Numbered from the stretch's first letter, positions 1-9,510 are shown. The stretch is DNA of 31,001 nt from Terriglobales bacterium (GCA_035298145.1 DATGYF010000821.1:1-31001); one strand, 5' to 3'. Numbers and translations are program-made. Notes: a model not told the origin generated them from the letters alone.

Positions 1-1246
1 TTTCCACGGCGCCCGGCAAACCCGGAATAGCGGAGTAGAGTGCGTCTCTGAGCGCCACATCCCGCGGGTCTCCTGTTAATCGTGTCCCCATCTGGCTCGT
101 CACGTAGGCATAGCCGACGCCAGCGGTTGGATCGGCAAAGCCAAGAGAACCGCCGGACCCGGGCGAGCCGAACGAACTGGCGCTGCCGAATGGCCAGACA
201 GTGCTGGGCTTCATGAAGCCCAGTGAGAACTGCACGCCTTCACCCTTCAGGCATTCATCGTAAAAGCCACGCGCCGGGGAAGTCGCGGGCGCGGCCAACA
301 AGTCCAGTGTCTCTCGGCGTAACCCCAGTTCGCTTCCACCGGTGGCGAAGACGCTGTATGCGTGGGCAATGGCTCGGGCCGTACCGACGCCGCCGCCGGA
401 CGGCACTTCGAGGTTTCGTGCGTAGATGCGCTGCTGGTCATGCGGGATCTCCGAACCCCTGAGCGCACGAACAATCTTAGAGCGACGATTCATCGCTTCC
501 AGCGTGAAGCGAAGCCCGAAGCCACGCAACATCTCGACCAGGCTGGGACGCGCAATTGTGGCCAGGCGCGAGTTTGAGATGGTTTCAGGGAGCCTGATAT
601 ATATGTCCAACCCGAGCGGCGTCGCGATCTCATCTTGGAAGAACTGTCCCAAACTGCGATGCTGCGGATCGACGCGGCGCAACAGTTCGCTCTCGTAGAA
701 GCCGAGAGTGATGGCGTGATACGCCTGCCGTGTTCCCGGCTCCCACGCGGGTTTCTGACGCGCCAGCACGACTGCTAAGCGATCAAGATCCGCGAGGAGG
801 CCACGATCAATGGGCTCGTCCAACTCGAAAAGCCCTGCTTGGTGTGCGAGGAGCTGGCGCACGGTGATTTGCCCTTTGCCCTGCTGCGCGAACTCCGGCC
901 AGTACGCGGACACCCGCTCTTCGTAGTCGAGCCAACCTCGAGAGTGTGCGATGGCGAGCGTCATCGCCGCCAAGCCTTTAGTGGCGGAGTAGACGATGAC
1001 CATGGTGTCCTTCTCCCAAGGCTCGCCCGTCTGCCTGTTTCGGATACCACCCCACAGGTCGACGACCTTCTCGCCGCGGTGAAAGGCGCAGCAGGCCCCG
1101 CCCAGCTCGCGTCGCCGAATAAAGTTCCCAGCGAAGGCCTCGCGAACAGCTTCGAAGCCCGGGCTAACGTTGCCCTCAATAGTGAAGCGGTCGTGCCCCG
1201 TTGTATGAACGATGACTTTGGATTCGGCCCTATCTTTTGCGATCAT
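1..1246 (-). CDS. Serine hydrolase, beta-lactamase/EstA-like family; 3' end runs off the left edge (415 codons in window)
   Basis: Translated by hand; absent from the ORF track because there is no stop in the window. ATG at 1246 with GGAG upstream. MIAKDRAESK...VDLWGG...VIVYSATKG (SxxK)...YWPEFAQQGKGQITVRQLLAHQAG...WEPGTRQAYHAITLG...FGSPGSGGSLGFADP...GYAYVT. Confidence 0.9.
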   Translation of the reverse strand, partial: MIAKDRAESKVIVHTTGHDRFTIEGNVSPGFEAVREAFAGNFIRRRELGGACCAFHRGEKVVDLWGGIRNRQTGEPWEKDTMVIVYSATKGLAAMTLAIAHSRGWLDYEERVSAYWPEFAQQGKGQITVRQLLAHQAGLFELDEPIDRGLLADLDRLAVVLARQKPAWEPGTRQAYHAITLGFYESELLRRVDPQHRSLGQFFQDEIATPLGLDIYIRLPETISNSRLATIARPSLVEMLRGFGLRFTLEAMNRRSKIVRALRGSEIPHDQQRIYARNLEVPSGGGVGTARAIAHAYSVFATGGSELGLRRETLDLLAAPATSPARGFYDECLKGEGVQFSLGFMKPSTVWPFGSASSFGSPGSGGSLGFADPTAGVGYAYVTSQMGTRLTGDPRDVALRDALYSAIPGLPGAVE

Positions 1247-1355
1247 GCGGCCTGCTCCATTTCCTTGAAATCGCGCTCTGCGCACCAATGCCAGATTGTG
1301 GAATGTCAACCCACCGCCTACACTCTGTTCTTATGTCGAACCCGAGGGGTTCTTC

Positions 1356-1371
1356 TGTGATGCAGGTCACC
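1356..1371. promoter_or_regulatory. CRP-type box TGTGA-tgcagg-TCACC (9/10) upstream of the serine hydrolase
   Basis: Direct match to TGTGA-N6-TCACA. A minus-strand TAAGAA hexamer begins at 1333, 22 nt away. Confidence 0.6.
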
Positions 1372-1410
1372 ACGGGACGTAGCGACAATCACATGCACCC
1401 AGAAACTAGG

Positions 1411-1512
1411 GCCGAATTGCCCGGACTGCAGCCAACGATCGGATATCTGAGTCTGTCTGAATATCCTGTTGAGCGGATCGCAAAAATTCTCATCCAAAAA
1501 CTGAGCAACTGA
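1411..1512 (+). pseudogene. Probable C-terminal remnant of a bacterial TIR-domain protein
   Basis: AELPGLQPTIGYLSLSEYPVERIAKILIQKLSN* resembles the D(T/A)E(I/L)PG..TIGY...I...I..KL ending of bacterial TIR_2 domains. The upstream in-frame sequence shows no TIR similarity. Recognised by eye only. Confidence 0.5.
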
Positions 1513-1664
1513 GACTCGAGTCCAGCGGCCCCAGAACCCCATCCAAACCACGCTTAGATTGAAGGGGCACAATGCCGGGCCAAGCGGGTGCCGAAGTCGC
1601 GCCACAAATCCCCTTGGGTTCGACACAAATTGTCAGATCGTCTCAAAACCCGGATAAGTCGAGA

Positions 1665-1805
1665 CTAGTTAAGCCCGACTCGACGAACCAGATCCTGAAA
1701 ACAAGGGTCGCTGCGAAGAGGGTCGAAGTAGGGATGCGTTTTGAGGAACATCAAAATATTGGCGTGTTCCCTATAAGCCTGCTCAAGCCAGGCAAAGGCC
1801 TGCTC
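1665..1805 (-). pseudogene. C-terminal remnant (46 aa + stop) of a TolB-like/TPR regulator-type protein
   Basis: EQAFAWLEQAYREHANILMFLKTHPYFDPLRSDPCFQDLVRRVGLN*, the typical '...DPLRSDPRF..L.RRVG' tail. In-frame TGA TAG lie just upstream and there is no start codon before the homologous segment. Confidence 0.8.
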
Positions 1806-2301
1806 GGGCGCGACCCTCTATCAGACGCAATCCGCCCGGGCGACCTCAGCTCAAGGATTCACGGGCACCACCCTCGTAAAAGGGACGTTCTCCGAATTTC
1901 AAGTCTTCAACCAGCTCACAAAGTACCAGCTTCAGCTTGCTCCGGGATTCCCTGGCGACACTTGGTTCTCATTCGAAAAGACTAAGGGACCGTCAGACCT
2001 GTACGTGCAAAGCAATACCTGGCTGCCCGCTGGGAGTACAGGCTGGCATAAGCACCCTGGTCACAGCCTGATCATCATCACGTCCGGACAGGTAACTCAG
2101 TATCATGCCGACTGTACGCCCCAGGTGTATGGCCCAGGCACGGCAAATGGTCCGACGCTGGTGGATAGCGGAGATGACGAACACCTGATTCGGAACGAAA
2201 CGTCCAGCTCGGCGACAAGTTTTGCGGTCCAGATCGTTGCCAATGGTGCACCGCGCCGGATTGACATAGCAGAAGCGCCAGCGACCTGCCAGATTTTCTA
2301 A
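1801..2301 (+). pseudogene. 5'-truncated secreted-type cupin protein
   Basis: The frame is open from 1777 to the stop at 2301 with no credible start (TAA at 1774-1776). It reads ...ARATSAQGFTGTTLVKG...SDLYVQSNTWLPAGSTGWHKHPGHSLIIITSG...HLIRNE, with cupin motif GWHxHPG. The track ORF 2005..2301 is only its distal part. Confidence 0.7.
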
Positions 2302-2469
2302 ATTGGCATTCGCGGGCAAGAGCGCAGCGACAGTCATACCTCATCAGCAACGACCACGTTCAACTGATGACCGTCGCGACGAGAGAAGAGCAGCTTGCCA
2401 CCCGGGGTGATGGCGGTCCAATATGCGCCGCACTCCGCTGCTTTTCCCGACCCAAGAAAACCAATGAGG

Positions 2470-3495
2470 TCAGACGAAGGGAACAAGCAAAAGATGACGA
2501 GCAGCCGCCTCCGGCGGAACCGGATTATAGAAAAATCCGGAGGCCCACTCGAATCCGGTGATATGAGAAATTTGGGGCAAGATTTCTATATGCCAATGAA
2601 AGTCCTCCTCGATTGTCTTCCAATAGCCCCCTCTTTGGCGGGGAAAGGGACGGTCGTGGAGGGATAGATTGTAGGGCGGCCCGTCCATGCGTTGCTCCAA
2701 TTTCTGCAGTACATCGCGCATGATCCGAGCCAGGTTTTCAATTTGGGCTGCACTGATCCGGCTGAAAGTGCTGCTATGAAATTTCGGGAACACGCACATC
2801 TCGAAGGGAAAGCGCGACGCAAAAGGAGCAAATGCAAGGAAATCTTCATTCTCGGCAATCAGCCGCCTCCTTCCTCTCAGCTCCTGCTGGAGCACGTCGC
2901 AGTATAAGCAGCGCTCTTTCCGAGCAAAGTAATCACGAGCGATCATGAGTTTCGTCTTGATTGCGCGCGGCGTTACCGGGAGGGCCATCAGCTGCGAGAT
3001 GGAATGACTAATGCTGTGCGCGCCTGCTCCTACACCGTAATTCTTAAAGATCAACACATAGCGCACACGCGTGTCCCCTTCAAGGTCGACGATGCGAGCT
3101 ATGTAAGCTCTGATGACGTCAGAAATTTCTTCGATTTCCAGTTCATGCAGGCTCCGGTCATGCCGCACAGTCTCCGCAATGATCTCGTGCGCACCCACGC
3201 CGTTCATCAGGTCGTGTAACGCTTCGGCACGCCGTCCCAGTTCACCTTCTATCTTCAGCCGCGGTTGGGAATTGGGCACCACTCGAACCGACCATCCCGG
3301 CCCGTTAGGAGAAGACCCTCGATTTCGGATTGCGAAGACTTCTGGCGGTGTCGCGGCCTCATTGCCCTCACAGAATGGGCAGAAGGCCGTGTCACGTCTG
3401 AATTTCTCGAAATGAAAGTCGCCAGGCTGGATCCGGTCGTTCTGCCCCACGATGACCCAGCGGTCGGTGAAAATGTCTCTCCGCATTTGGGACAT
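2470..3495 (-). CDS. galT: Galactose-1-phosphate uridylyltransferase (GalT/HIT) family protein with a degenerate active-site motif
   Basis: CPFC zinc motif, VRVVPN, GVGAHEII, CLYCD, FAPFASRFPFE and HWHIEILP are present. The HxHxQ motif reads HSISQ. Confidence 0.85.
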   Translation of the reverse strand: MSQMRRDIFTDRWVIVGQNDRIQPGDFHFEKFRRDTAFCPFCEGNEAATPPEVFAIRNRGSSPNGPGWSVRVVPNSQPRLKIEGELGRRAEALHDLMNGVGAHEIIAETVRHDRSLHELEIEEISDVIRAYIARIVDLEGDTRVRYVLIFKNYGVGAGAHSISHSISQLMALPVTPRAIKTKLMIARDYFARKERCLYCDVLQQELRGRRRLIAENEDFLAFAPFASRFPFEMCVFPKFHSSTFSRISAAQIENLARIMRDVLQKLEQRMDGPPYNLSLHDRPFPRQRGGYWKTIEEDFHWHIEILPQISHITGFEWASGFFYNPVPPEAAARHLLLVPFV

Positions 3496-3824
3496 AAGGA
3501 CTTATCCAATGAGGAGCGGAATCGTGGAGCGCCCATCGCGCATTTTCCAAAGAAAACTTCTATGCGGTGACATGGATGAACTCGAAACTGCGATCGCGAC
3601 CGGCACCTGCCCCCAGGCGGGTTCCGGGCTGCGACACAGTATATATCACTGATTCCAGGAGCCGTCGGAGTGTCGAATTCTGCTCGCCGAGAACAGAAAA
3701 GACCTGAAGGGGAAAGAAACCATCAATGTCACGAACAGGCCAGCTGGGTATACAATCGTTGCCGTTTTCGAAGTAAAAACGAAATTGCGATTCACTCCAC
3801 GTCATGTGGTGCAAGGAGAAACCT

Positions 3825-4262
3825 ATGCTCGTGCGAAGAGTCATCCAAGTGCTGATGGTAGTGTCGGCGTTCGCGCTCACATCAGGAGCGCAGGAACAGC
3901 CCAAAAAGACCATCCAGCACGTGCCTATTCAGCCGACGTCACCGGCTTCGGGCAAAGAGATGTACACCAACTATTGCGCCGTCTGCCATGGCACGGAAGG
4001 TAAAGGCAACGGTCCCGCGGCCGACGCCCTGAAGACCCCGCCCGCCGACCTCACAATGTTGAGCAAGAAAAACGGTGGAACCTATCCCGCAATCAAGGTC
4101 GGCTCCGCCATTCGTGGCGATGCCCATGTTGCGGCGCACGGCAGCAAAGAAATGCCGGTCTGGGGGAAACTGTTCTGGACAATCAGTGCGGGCCACGCAA
4201 GTGAAGTGGACCAGCGGATTGTAAACCTGGTCAGCTATATCAAGACTCTACAGTCCAAATAA
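3825..4262 (+). CDS. Exported monohaem cytochrome c (class I type)
   Basis: AAGGAG SD before the ATG at 3825, which is preferred over 3804. Signal peptide, CAVCH haem motif, and distal HGSKEMPVWG Met ligand region. Confidence 0.9.
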   Translation: MLVRRVIQVLMVVSAFALTSGAQEQPKKTIQHVPIQPTSPASGKEMYTNYCAVCHGTEGKGNGPAADALKTPPADLTMLSKKNGGTYPAIKVGSAIRGDAHVAAHGSKEMPVWGKLFWTISAGHASEVDQRIVNLVSYIKTLQSK

Positions 4263-4508
4263 CCGCGCGCGCCGGATGTGGGCTGCCTCAATCCGCCCTC
4301 GAGGTATGGTGGGCCGAGGTCACACTCTTAGTGTCTCCGGGCTTTGCGAGTAGAGTTGCGGGATTTGCCCAGCCTGAGGATGGATGCCTGGTTGCGGCCT
4401 TTCTTTGGTGGCGGGAGATATCTGCCATGCAAAGTTCAAAGGCGGGCGCGGCGCTCTATTTCGCCCTCGTCTTCTATAGCCCCGATGCCCCCAGCCTAGG
4501 GAGGACAC

Positions 4509-6155
4509 CTACTCTCCCCGCGGCTTTCGCCGTCCCACTCGGCTCAGGATACGCCGGACTTTCTTCGGTGATACGGAAAGGCGCGCCGCCACACGTGAAA
4601 TCTTCCGACCTTCGCGTTCCCAGACTTTGGGAATGATCAGTTCGGCGAACTCTTCACTAATCTGCTGGAAAGTTTTGTCACCCACCGAGCCCTGCGACCA
4701 GGCGCGCAGAGTGGGATTCACGCTGCCGCTCCGCACAACGTTGGCCTTCAGCGTCTGCAGGTCTTCCCAGGCACTGTCAGTGTGGTCGCCTTTGGTGAGA
4801 GTAACAGCCTGGTCGTAGCATCGCCGTGCCGCGTCCGGATCGTCAAAGAAGCGATTGCAGTAGGTCAGGCCCTGCCAAACGTGGGTATGGGCCAGTAAAC
4901 GCCGGTTCTGGGTGTGTCTGGCCAACTCGCTGGCTTCGTGAGCGAAATCCTGGGCCAGGCGGGCGTGGTTGCCGGGTTCGGTGCTTTCACCGATCCCTTC
5001 CTCCACCAGGGCGTTTTCGATCATGCAAAGCAGCAGGCGCGCCCGGGCCATCAGGATGTGGTCACGCTTTTCTTCGCCCAGGCGAAAGGCGGTCTTCGCC
5101 GCCGACTCGGCATGTTCGAGGTCGCCGTTGTCCAAATGGAGATAGGCGTAGTTCAGGTGCACGCTGCCCAGGCCGTGGTGGTTTTCATACTGCTCGTAGA
5201 TGGCGGCGGCTTCCGCGAGTTCGGCCAGAGCCTCCTGGCGGAGTTGCTCAAAGCGGCCGCGATACTGCGGCTTGCCCTGGCCATTGCTGGCACGCCCGCG
5301 GGTGGCGGCCTTGCGGCGACGGGCCGCCTCGGCATCAATCTTACGTCGCAATTGCAGGGCGATGAGCCGCTTCACATACGCCATGTTGTTCAGTGAGCGC
5401 GCCACGTTGCGATGCAGAGGATCCCGTTTCTTGTACTGCGCGATGGCCTTGGTAAAACTGTCAATGGCATGCTGGTAGCGTCCCTGGCGGCGCGCAATCC
5501 GGCCATACGAGGAATGAATGTTGCCCAAGGTAAGGAAATCATCGGTCTGGCTGAGGATAGCTTCGGCTTCTTCCAGAATCTCGGTGGCTTGCTCGGCGTC
5601 TCCCTTTTGAAAGAAGAGCCAGCTCTCCAGCACGCGCATGACGGCGGCCATCGGCTGATGGCCGAGTTCGGAGGCCAGTTCCCTGCCCTTCACCGCAAAC
5701 GCAAGTGCCTGGTCGTACTCTCCCTTCATGCGCAGGCAGCGGCCCTTCCAGAAATTGGCGATGGCCAGGAGTTCGTTGTCGTCGGTCTCGGCCGCCAGAC
5801 TCAGGACAAAATCACAGTGCCGCAGGGCCTCATCCTTCGACTCTTCGGCCATCGCCACCATGCCCTCCGCCATGCGCAAATACAGGTAGTCATGCAGAGG
5901 CAAGCGCGCGCGCACAGCTTTGGAGAAACGGGCGACAATTTCCTTGACCAGTCCGGGACGCTGGTAGCCGACGTCCACCCACTGCGCCAGATAGCCGGCG
6001 AAGGCCGCGGCGTTTCTTTGCCCCGGATCGAACGAGCTCAGCAGACCACGGCGCTCTTCCAGGCGCGCCAAGCCGCGTCCCACGCGGCGGCACACCAGGT
6101 CCTCCTTGAGCTGCGCTAGAAATTCATCCGAGATCTCGGTGGAGTTGGGGCTCAT
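4509..6155 (-). CDS. TPR-repeat protein with a C-terminal Fis-like helix-turn-helix; putative transcriptional regulator
   Basis: 548 aa with repeated TPR-like helices (LGNIHSSYGRIARRQGRYQHAIDSFTKAIAQY). The C-terminus EEFAELIIPKVWEREGRKISRVAARLSVSPKKVRRIL resembles the Fis/HTH_8 pattern. Starts 26 nt after the aceB stop. Confidence 0.75.
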   Translation of the reverse strand: MSPNSTEISDEFLAQLKEDLVCRRVGRGLARLEERRGLLSSFDPGQRNAAAFAGYLAQWVDVGYQRPGLVKEIVARFSKAVRARLPLHDYLYLRMAEGMVAMAEESKDEALRHCDFVLSLAAETDDNELLAIANFWKGRCLRMKGEYDQALAFAVKGRELASELGHQPMAAVMRVLESWLFFQKGDAEQATEILEEAEAILSQTDDFLTLGNIHSSYGRIARRQGRYQHAIDSFTKAIAQYKKRDPLHRNVARSLNNMAYVKRLIALQLRRKIDAEAARRRKAATRGRASNGQGKPQYRGRFEQLRQEALAELAEAAAIYEQYENHHGLGSVHLNYAYLHLDNGDLEHAESAAKTAFRLGEEKRDHILMARARLLLCMIENALVEEGIGESTEPGNHARLAQDFAHEASELARHTQNRRLLAHTHVWQGLTYCNRFFDDPDAARRCYDQAVTLTKGDHTDSAWEDLQTLKANVVRSGSVNPTLRAWSQGSVGDKTFQQISEEFAELIIPKVWEREGRKISRVAARLSVSPKKVRRILSRVGRRKPRGE

Positions 6156-6181
6156 CTTGCACGCCGGCGTTCTGCGTATTC

Positions 6182-7729
6182 CTAGTCGATGTAATCATAA
6201 GCCACCAAAGTCAGGAATTCCGCGAAATCCGGGCTGGTCATCATGTGCTCGTAGATCTCGGCCGCTTCTGCCATGCGGCTGCCCTTCAGCTTGATTTTCT
6301 GCTCCGCAATCGCCTCGCGGACCATCTCTTGGGTCACAGGACGGCCGTTGCTGAGCGTGGCTCGGTGGCGCACCCATTGCCATACCTGGGCGCGGCAGAT
6401 TTCGGCGGTGGCAGCGTCTTCCATCAGGTTGTAGATGGGAACGCAGCCCGACCCGCGCAGCCACGACTCCAGATACTGCAAGCCCACATCAATGTTCCAG
6501 CGCAGACCTTCTTCGGTGATCTCGCCTTCAGGCACGGCAAGCAGGTCCTTGGCGGTGACGTGCACATCCTCGCGGCGGCAACCGATCTGGTTCGCCTCCT
6601 TCATGTGTGCGTCAAAGATTTCTTTGGCAACCGGCACCAGGCCGGGATGGGCCACCCAGGTGCCGTCGTGTCCGGCCTGAACCTCACGCAGTTTGTCCTG
6701 GCGCACCTTGTCCAGCGCCTTTTCATTGGCCGCGGGATCATTCTTGATGGGAATCTGTGCCGCCATTCCGCCCATGGCGTGAATGCCGCGGCGGTGACAG
6801 GTCCGGATCAGCAGATCCACATAAGACTTCAGAAAATGCTTTTCCATGGTCACAGTCGAGCGGTCGGGCAGCACGAAGGCCGGGTGGTTCCGGAACTTCT
6901 TAATGAAACTGAAAATGTAGTCCCAACGGCCGCAGTTCAGGCCGGAAGAGTGTTGCCGCAGCTCATAGAGGATTTCGTCCATTTCAAAAGCGGCCAGAAT
7001 GGTCTCGATCAGGACGGTGGCGCGGATGGTGCCGCGGGGGATGCCGAGTTCATCCTGCGCGTAGCAGAAGACGTCGTTCCACAGGCGAGCTTCGAGATGG
7101 CTCTCCAGCTTGGGGAGATAGAAGTAGGGGCCGGTTCCCTTACGGATGAGACTCTGCGCGTTGTGAAACAAGTAAAGACCGAAATCAAACAGAGAAGCGG
7201 AGATGGGCGCGCCGTCCACTTCGAAATGCCTTTCCACCAGATGCCAGCCCCGCGGCCGCACCAGCAACGTTGCCACCTTGGAATTGAGGTTATAGCGCTT
7301 CCCTTCCGGGCTGACGTAGCTGATGGTGCCCTCCACCGCGTCCCGCAGATTGAACTGGCCTTCGAGATTGTTCTGCCAGGTGGGCGAATTGGAATCTTCA
7401 AAATCCGCCATGAAGACGTCGGCGCCGGAGTTCAGCGCATTGATGATCATCTTGCGGTCCACCGGGCCCGTAATCTCCACCCGGCGGTCGAGCAGATCGT
7501 GCGGAATAGGCGCAACCGTCCAATCGGCCTGGCGGATGTGGGCGGTTTCGGGAAGGAAATCGGGAAACTGGCCGGTGTCGATCTGCTGCTGGCGGGCGCG
7601 GCGGCGGGCCAGAAGTTGCTGGCGGCGGGCTTCAAACTCACGCGCCAGCTTGGTCAGGAAAGCGCTCGCTTCCGGAGTAAGAATTTGCATCTCAACGTCA
7701 GTGCGGAGGGCTGTGGTGGTGGTTGTCAT
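6182..7729 (-). CDS. aceB: Malate synthase A
   Basis: [70 protein letters not shown]. Confidence 0.97.
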   Translation of the reverse strand: MTTTTTALRTDVEMQILTPEASAFLTKLAREFEARRQQLLARRRARQQQIDTGQFPDFLPETAHIRQADWTVAPIPHDLLDRRVEITGPVDRKMIINALNSGADVFMADFEDSNSPTWQNNLEGQFNLRDAVEGTISYVSPEGKRYNLNSKVATLLVRPRGWHLVERHFEVDGAPISASLFDFGLYLFHNAQSLIRKGTGPYFYLPKLESHLEARLWNDVFCYAQDELGIPRGTIRATVLIETILAAFEMDEILYELRQHSSGLNCGRWDYIFSFIKKFRNHPAFVLPDRSTVTMEKHFLKSYVDLLIRTCHRRGIHAMGGMAAQIPIKNDPAANEKALDKVRQDKLREVQAGHDGTWVAHPGLVPVAKEIFDAHMKEANQIGCRREDVHVTAKDLLAVPEGEITEEGLRWNIDVGLQYLESWLRGSGCVPIYNLMEDAATAEICRAQVWQWVRHRATLSNGRPVTQEMVREAIAEQKIKLKGSRMAEAAEIYEHMMTSPDFAEFLTLVAYDYID

Positions 7730-7879
7730 ATCTACATCTTAATGGGTCGTGTTCCGCGGGCGCCGGTCGACTAGTCCGAAGCGGACGACCTGGTCAATGC
7801 GGACCACACGGTTTGTGGCCTGGGCGCGATTGCGGTTTACTTCTCCTTGAGCCGGCACGCCGGACAGGACACCGCAACC

Positions 7880-9292
7880 ATGCACACTCTGAACACCGCA
7901 GAAATGACAAAAAACTGGCACAGCGACAACCGCTGGAGGGGCACAAAGCGTCCCTACTCCAGCCAACAGGTGGAGAAGCTAAGGGGCTCCTTCCAGGTCG
8001 AGCACACGCTGGCGCGCATGGGCGCGGAGCGGCTGTGGTGGCTGTTGCACCACGAAGAGTATGTGCCTGCCCTCGGCGCCCTCACTGGCAACCAGGCGGT
8101 ACAGCAGGTGCAGGCCGGGCTGAAAGCGATCTACCTTAGCGGCTGGCAAGTGGCAGCGGATGCGAATAACTCCGGCCATATGTATCCCGACCAGAGTTTG
8201 TATCCGGCCGACAGCGTGCCCAATGTAATCCGTCGGATCAACAACGCCTTGGTGCGCGCCGACCAGATCCACCACATGGATGACAACAACGGCATCCACT
8301 GGATGGCTCCCATCGTCGCCGATGCCGAAGCCGGATTCGGCGGTAGCCTGAATGCCTTCGAATTGATGAAGGCGATGATCGAGGCTGGCGCCGCCTGTGT
8401 GCATTTTGAAGATCAGCTTTCTTCCGCCAAGAAGTGCGGACACCTGGGCGGGAAGGTCCTGGTGCCGACCTCGGAAGCCATTCAAAAGCTGGTCGCGGCT
8501 CGCCTGGCCGCCGACGTGCTGGGCGTGCCGACTCTCATCATGGCCCGTACCGATGCCAACAGCGCCCATCTCCTCACCAGCGATATCGACCCGCGGGACC
8601 GGGAGTTCGTCACCGGAGAAAGGACACCGGAAGGCTTCTTCCACATTCGCGGAGGTTTGGACTCGGCCATTGCGCGCGGTCTCGCCTACGCCCCCTATGC
8701 GGACTTGATCTGGTGTGAAACTTCGGAACCCAACGTGGAAGAAGCGCGCCGGTTCGCGGAAGCCATCCATGCCAGGTATCCCGGCAAACTGCTCGCTTAC
8801 AACTGTTCGCCCTCGTTCAACTGGAAGAAGAAGCTCGACGATGCAACCATCGCCAGTTTCCAGCCGGAGTTGGCCAGGATGGGATACAAGTTCCAGTTTG
8901 TCACCCTGGCCGGATTCCATGCCCTGAACCTGAGCATGTTCGAACTGGCGCGGGGCTACAAAGATAGCGGTATGACCGCGTATTCCCGGCTGCAGGAAAA
9001 GGAATTCAGCCGGGAAGCGGAGTACGGATACCAGGCCGTGAAGCACCAGCGCTTCGTAGGCACCGGATACTTCGACGCGCTCACTCAGGTAATTGCCGGT
9101 GGCCTGGCCTCAACCACGGCCCTGAACGGCTCTACCGAGCAGGAACAGTTTGCGGAGATGAAGCCCCTGGTGCACCCGAAACATGGTCCGGACGCGGCTT
9201 GTCAGCCGATTCTGGGCCAGTGCCCCTCCTCGAGCTTCGTGCATGAGATCATTCCGATCCACGAGGAGTCACTGCTGCCCTCGGGAGACTAG
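7880..9292 (+). CDS. aceA: Isocitrate lyase with a 46-aa C-terminal extension
   Basis: Active-site KKCGHLGGK, plus [23 protein letters not shown] and [11 protein letters not shown] 7880 (AGGA upstream) is preferred over 7847. Confidence 0.97.
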   Translation: MHTLNTAEMTKNWHSDNRWRGTKRPYSSQQVEKLRGSFQVEHTLARMGAERLWWLLHHEEYVPALGALTGNQAVQQVQAGLKAIYLSGWQVAADANNSGHMYPDQSLYPADSVPNVIRRINNALVRADQIHHMDDNNGIHWMAPIVADAEAGFGGSLNAFELMKAMIEAGAACVHFEDQLSSAKKCGHLGGKVLVPTSEAIQKLVAARLAADVLGVPTLIMARTDANSAHLLTSDIDPRDREFVTGERTPEGFFHIRGGLDSAIARGLAYAPYADLIWCETSEPNVEEARRFAEAIHARYPGKLLAYNCSPSFNWKKKLDDATIASFQPELARMGYKFQFVTLAGFHALNLSMFELARGYKDSGMTAYSRLQEKEFSREAEYGYQAVKHQRFVGTGYFDALTQVIAGGLASTTALNGSTEQEQFAEMKPLVHPKHGPDAACQPILGQCPSSSFVHEIIPIHEESLLPSGD

Positions 9293-9310
9293 GCCCGATC
9301 CTCGCGGGTA

Positions 9311-9345
9311 CCCCGTCTAAGCTCTGCTTGGGCGGGGATTTTCTT
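9311..9345 (+). terminator. Intrinsic terminator after aceA
   Basis: CCCCGTCTAAGC-tct-GCTTGGGCGGGG stem (with G-U pairs) followed by ATTTTCTT. Confidence 0.7.
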
Positions 9346-9432
9346 GTGGCAGACGCAGCTTTGCCGCCAGGAAACATTCCGATCCAATCAGACTCAAGTA
9401 GAGAGCCCCGGCCTGGAGCGATCACAACGTGG

Positions 9433-9448
9433 TGTGATTCAGCGCACT
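9433..9448. promoter_or_regulatory. CRP-type box TGTGA-ttcagc-GCACT (8/10) upstream of pfk
   Basis: TAGTAC begins at 9471, 22 nt downstream. An extra TCACA half-site lies at 9422-9426. Confidence 0.5.
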
Positions 9449-9510
9449 TGCAGGACTGCGATGCCTGGTTTAGTACTTAGGTGGTTGTTACCAAACCAGG
9501 CAGGTGGAAC

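Noticed and set aside
839-1360. 173-aa plus-strand ORF
   Set aside because: In-register antisense shadow of the serine hydrolase on the minus strand.
1572-1985. 137-aa plus-strand ORF
   Set aside because: Mostly the antisense shadow of the TPR-tail remnant plus an off-frame read of the cupin remnant; no start context.
3786-3801. TGCGA-ttcact-CCACG upstream of cytochrome c
   Set aside because: Only 7/10 with no supporting -10 spacing or partner site; too weak to count in the regulon.
3560-3913. 117-aa minus-strand ORF
   Set aside because: Overlaps the cytochrome c start and the divergent promoter region; no recognisable motif or SD.
6245-7774. 509-aa ORF antisense to aceB, and similar long ORFs at 4914-6119, 7979-9046, 9946-10752, 11384-13072, 18219-19064, 21331-22158 and 29476-30294
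   Set aside because: Typical stop-poor antisense frames produced by GC-rich codon bias opposite well-supported genes.
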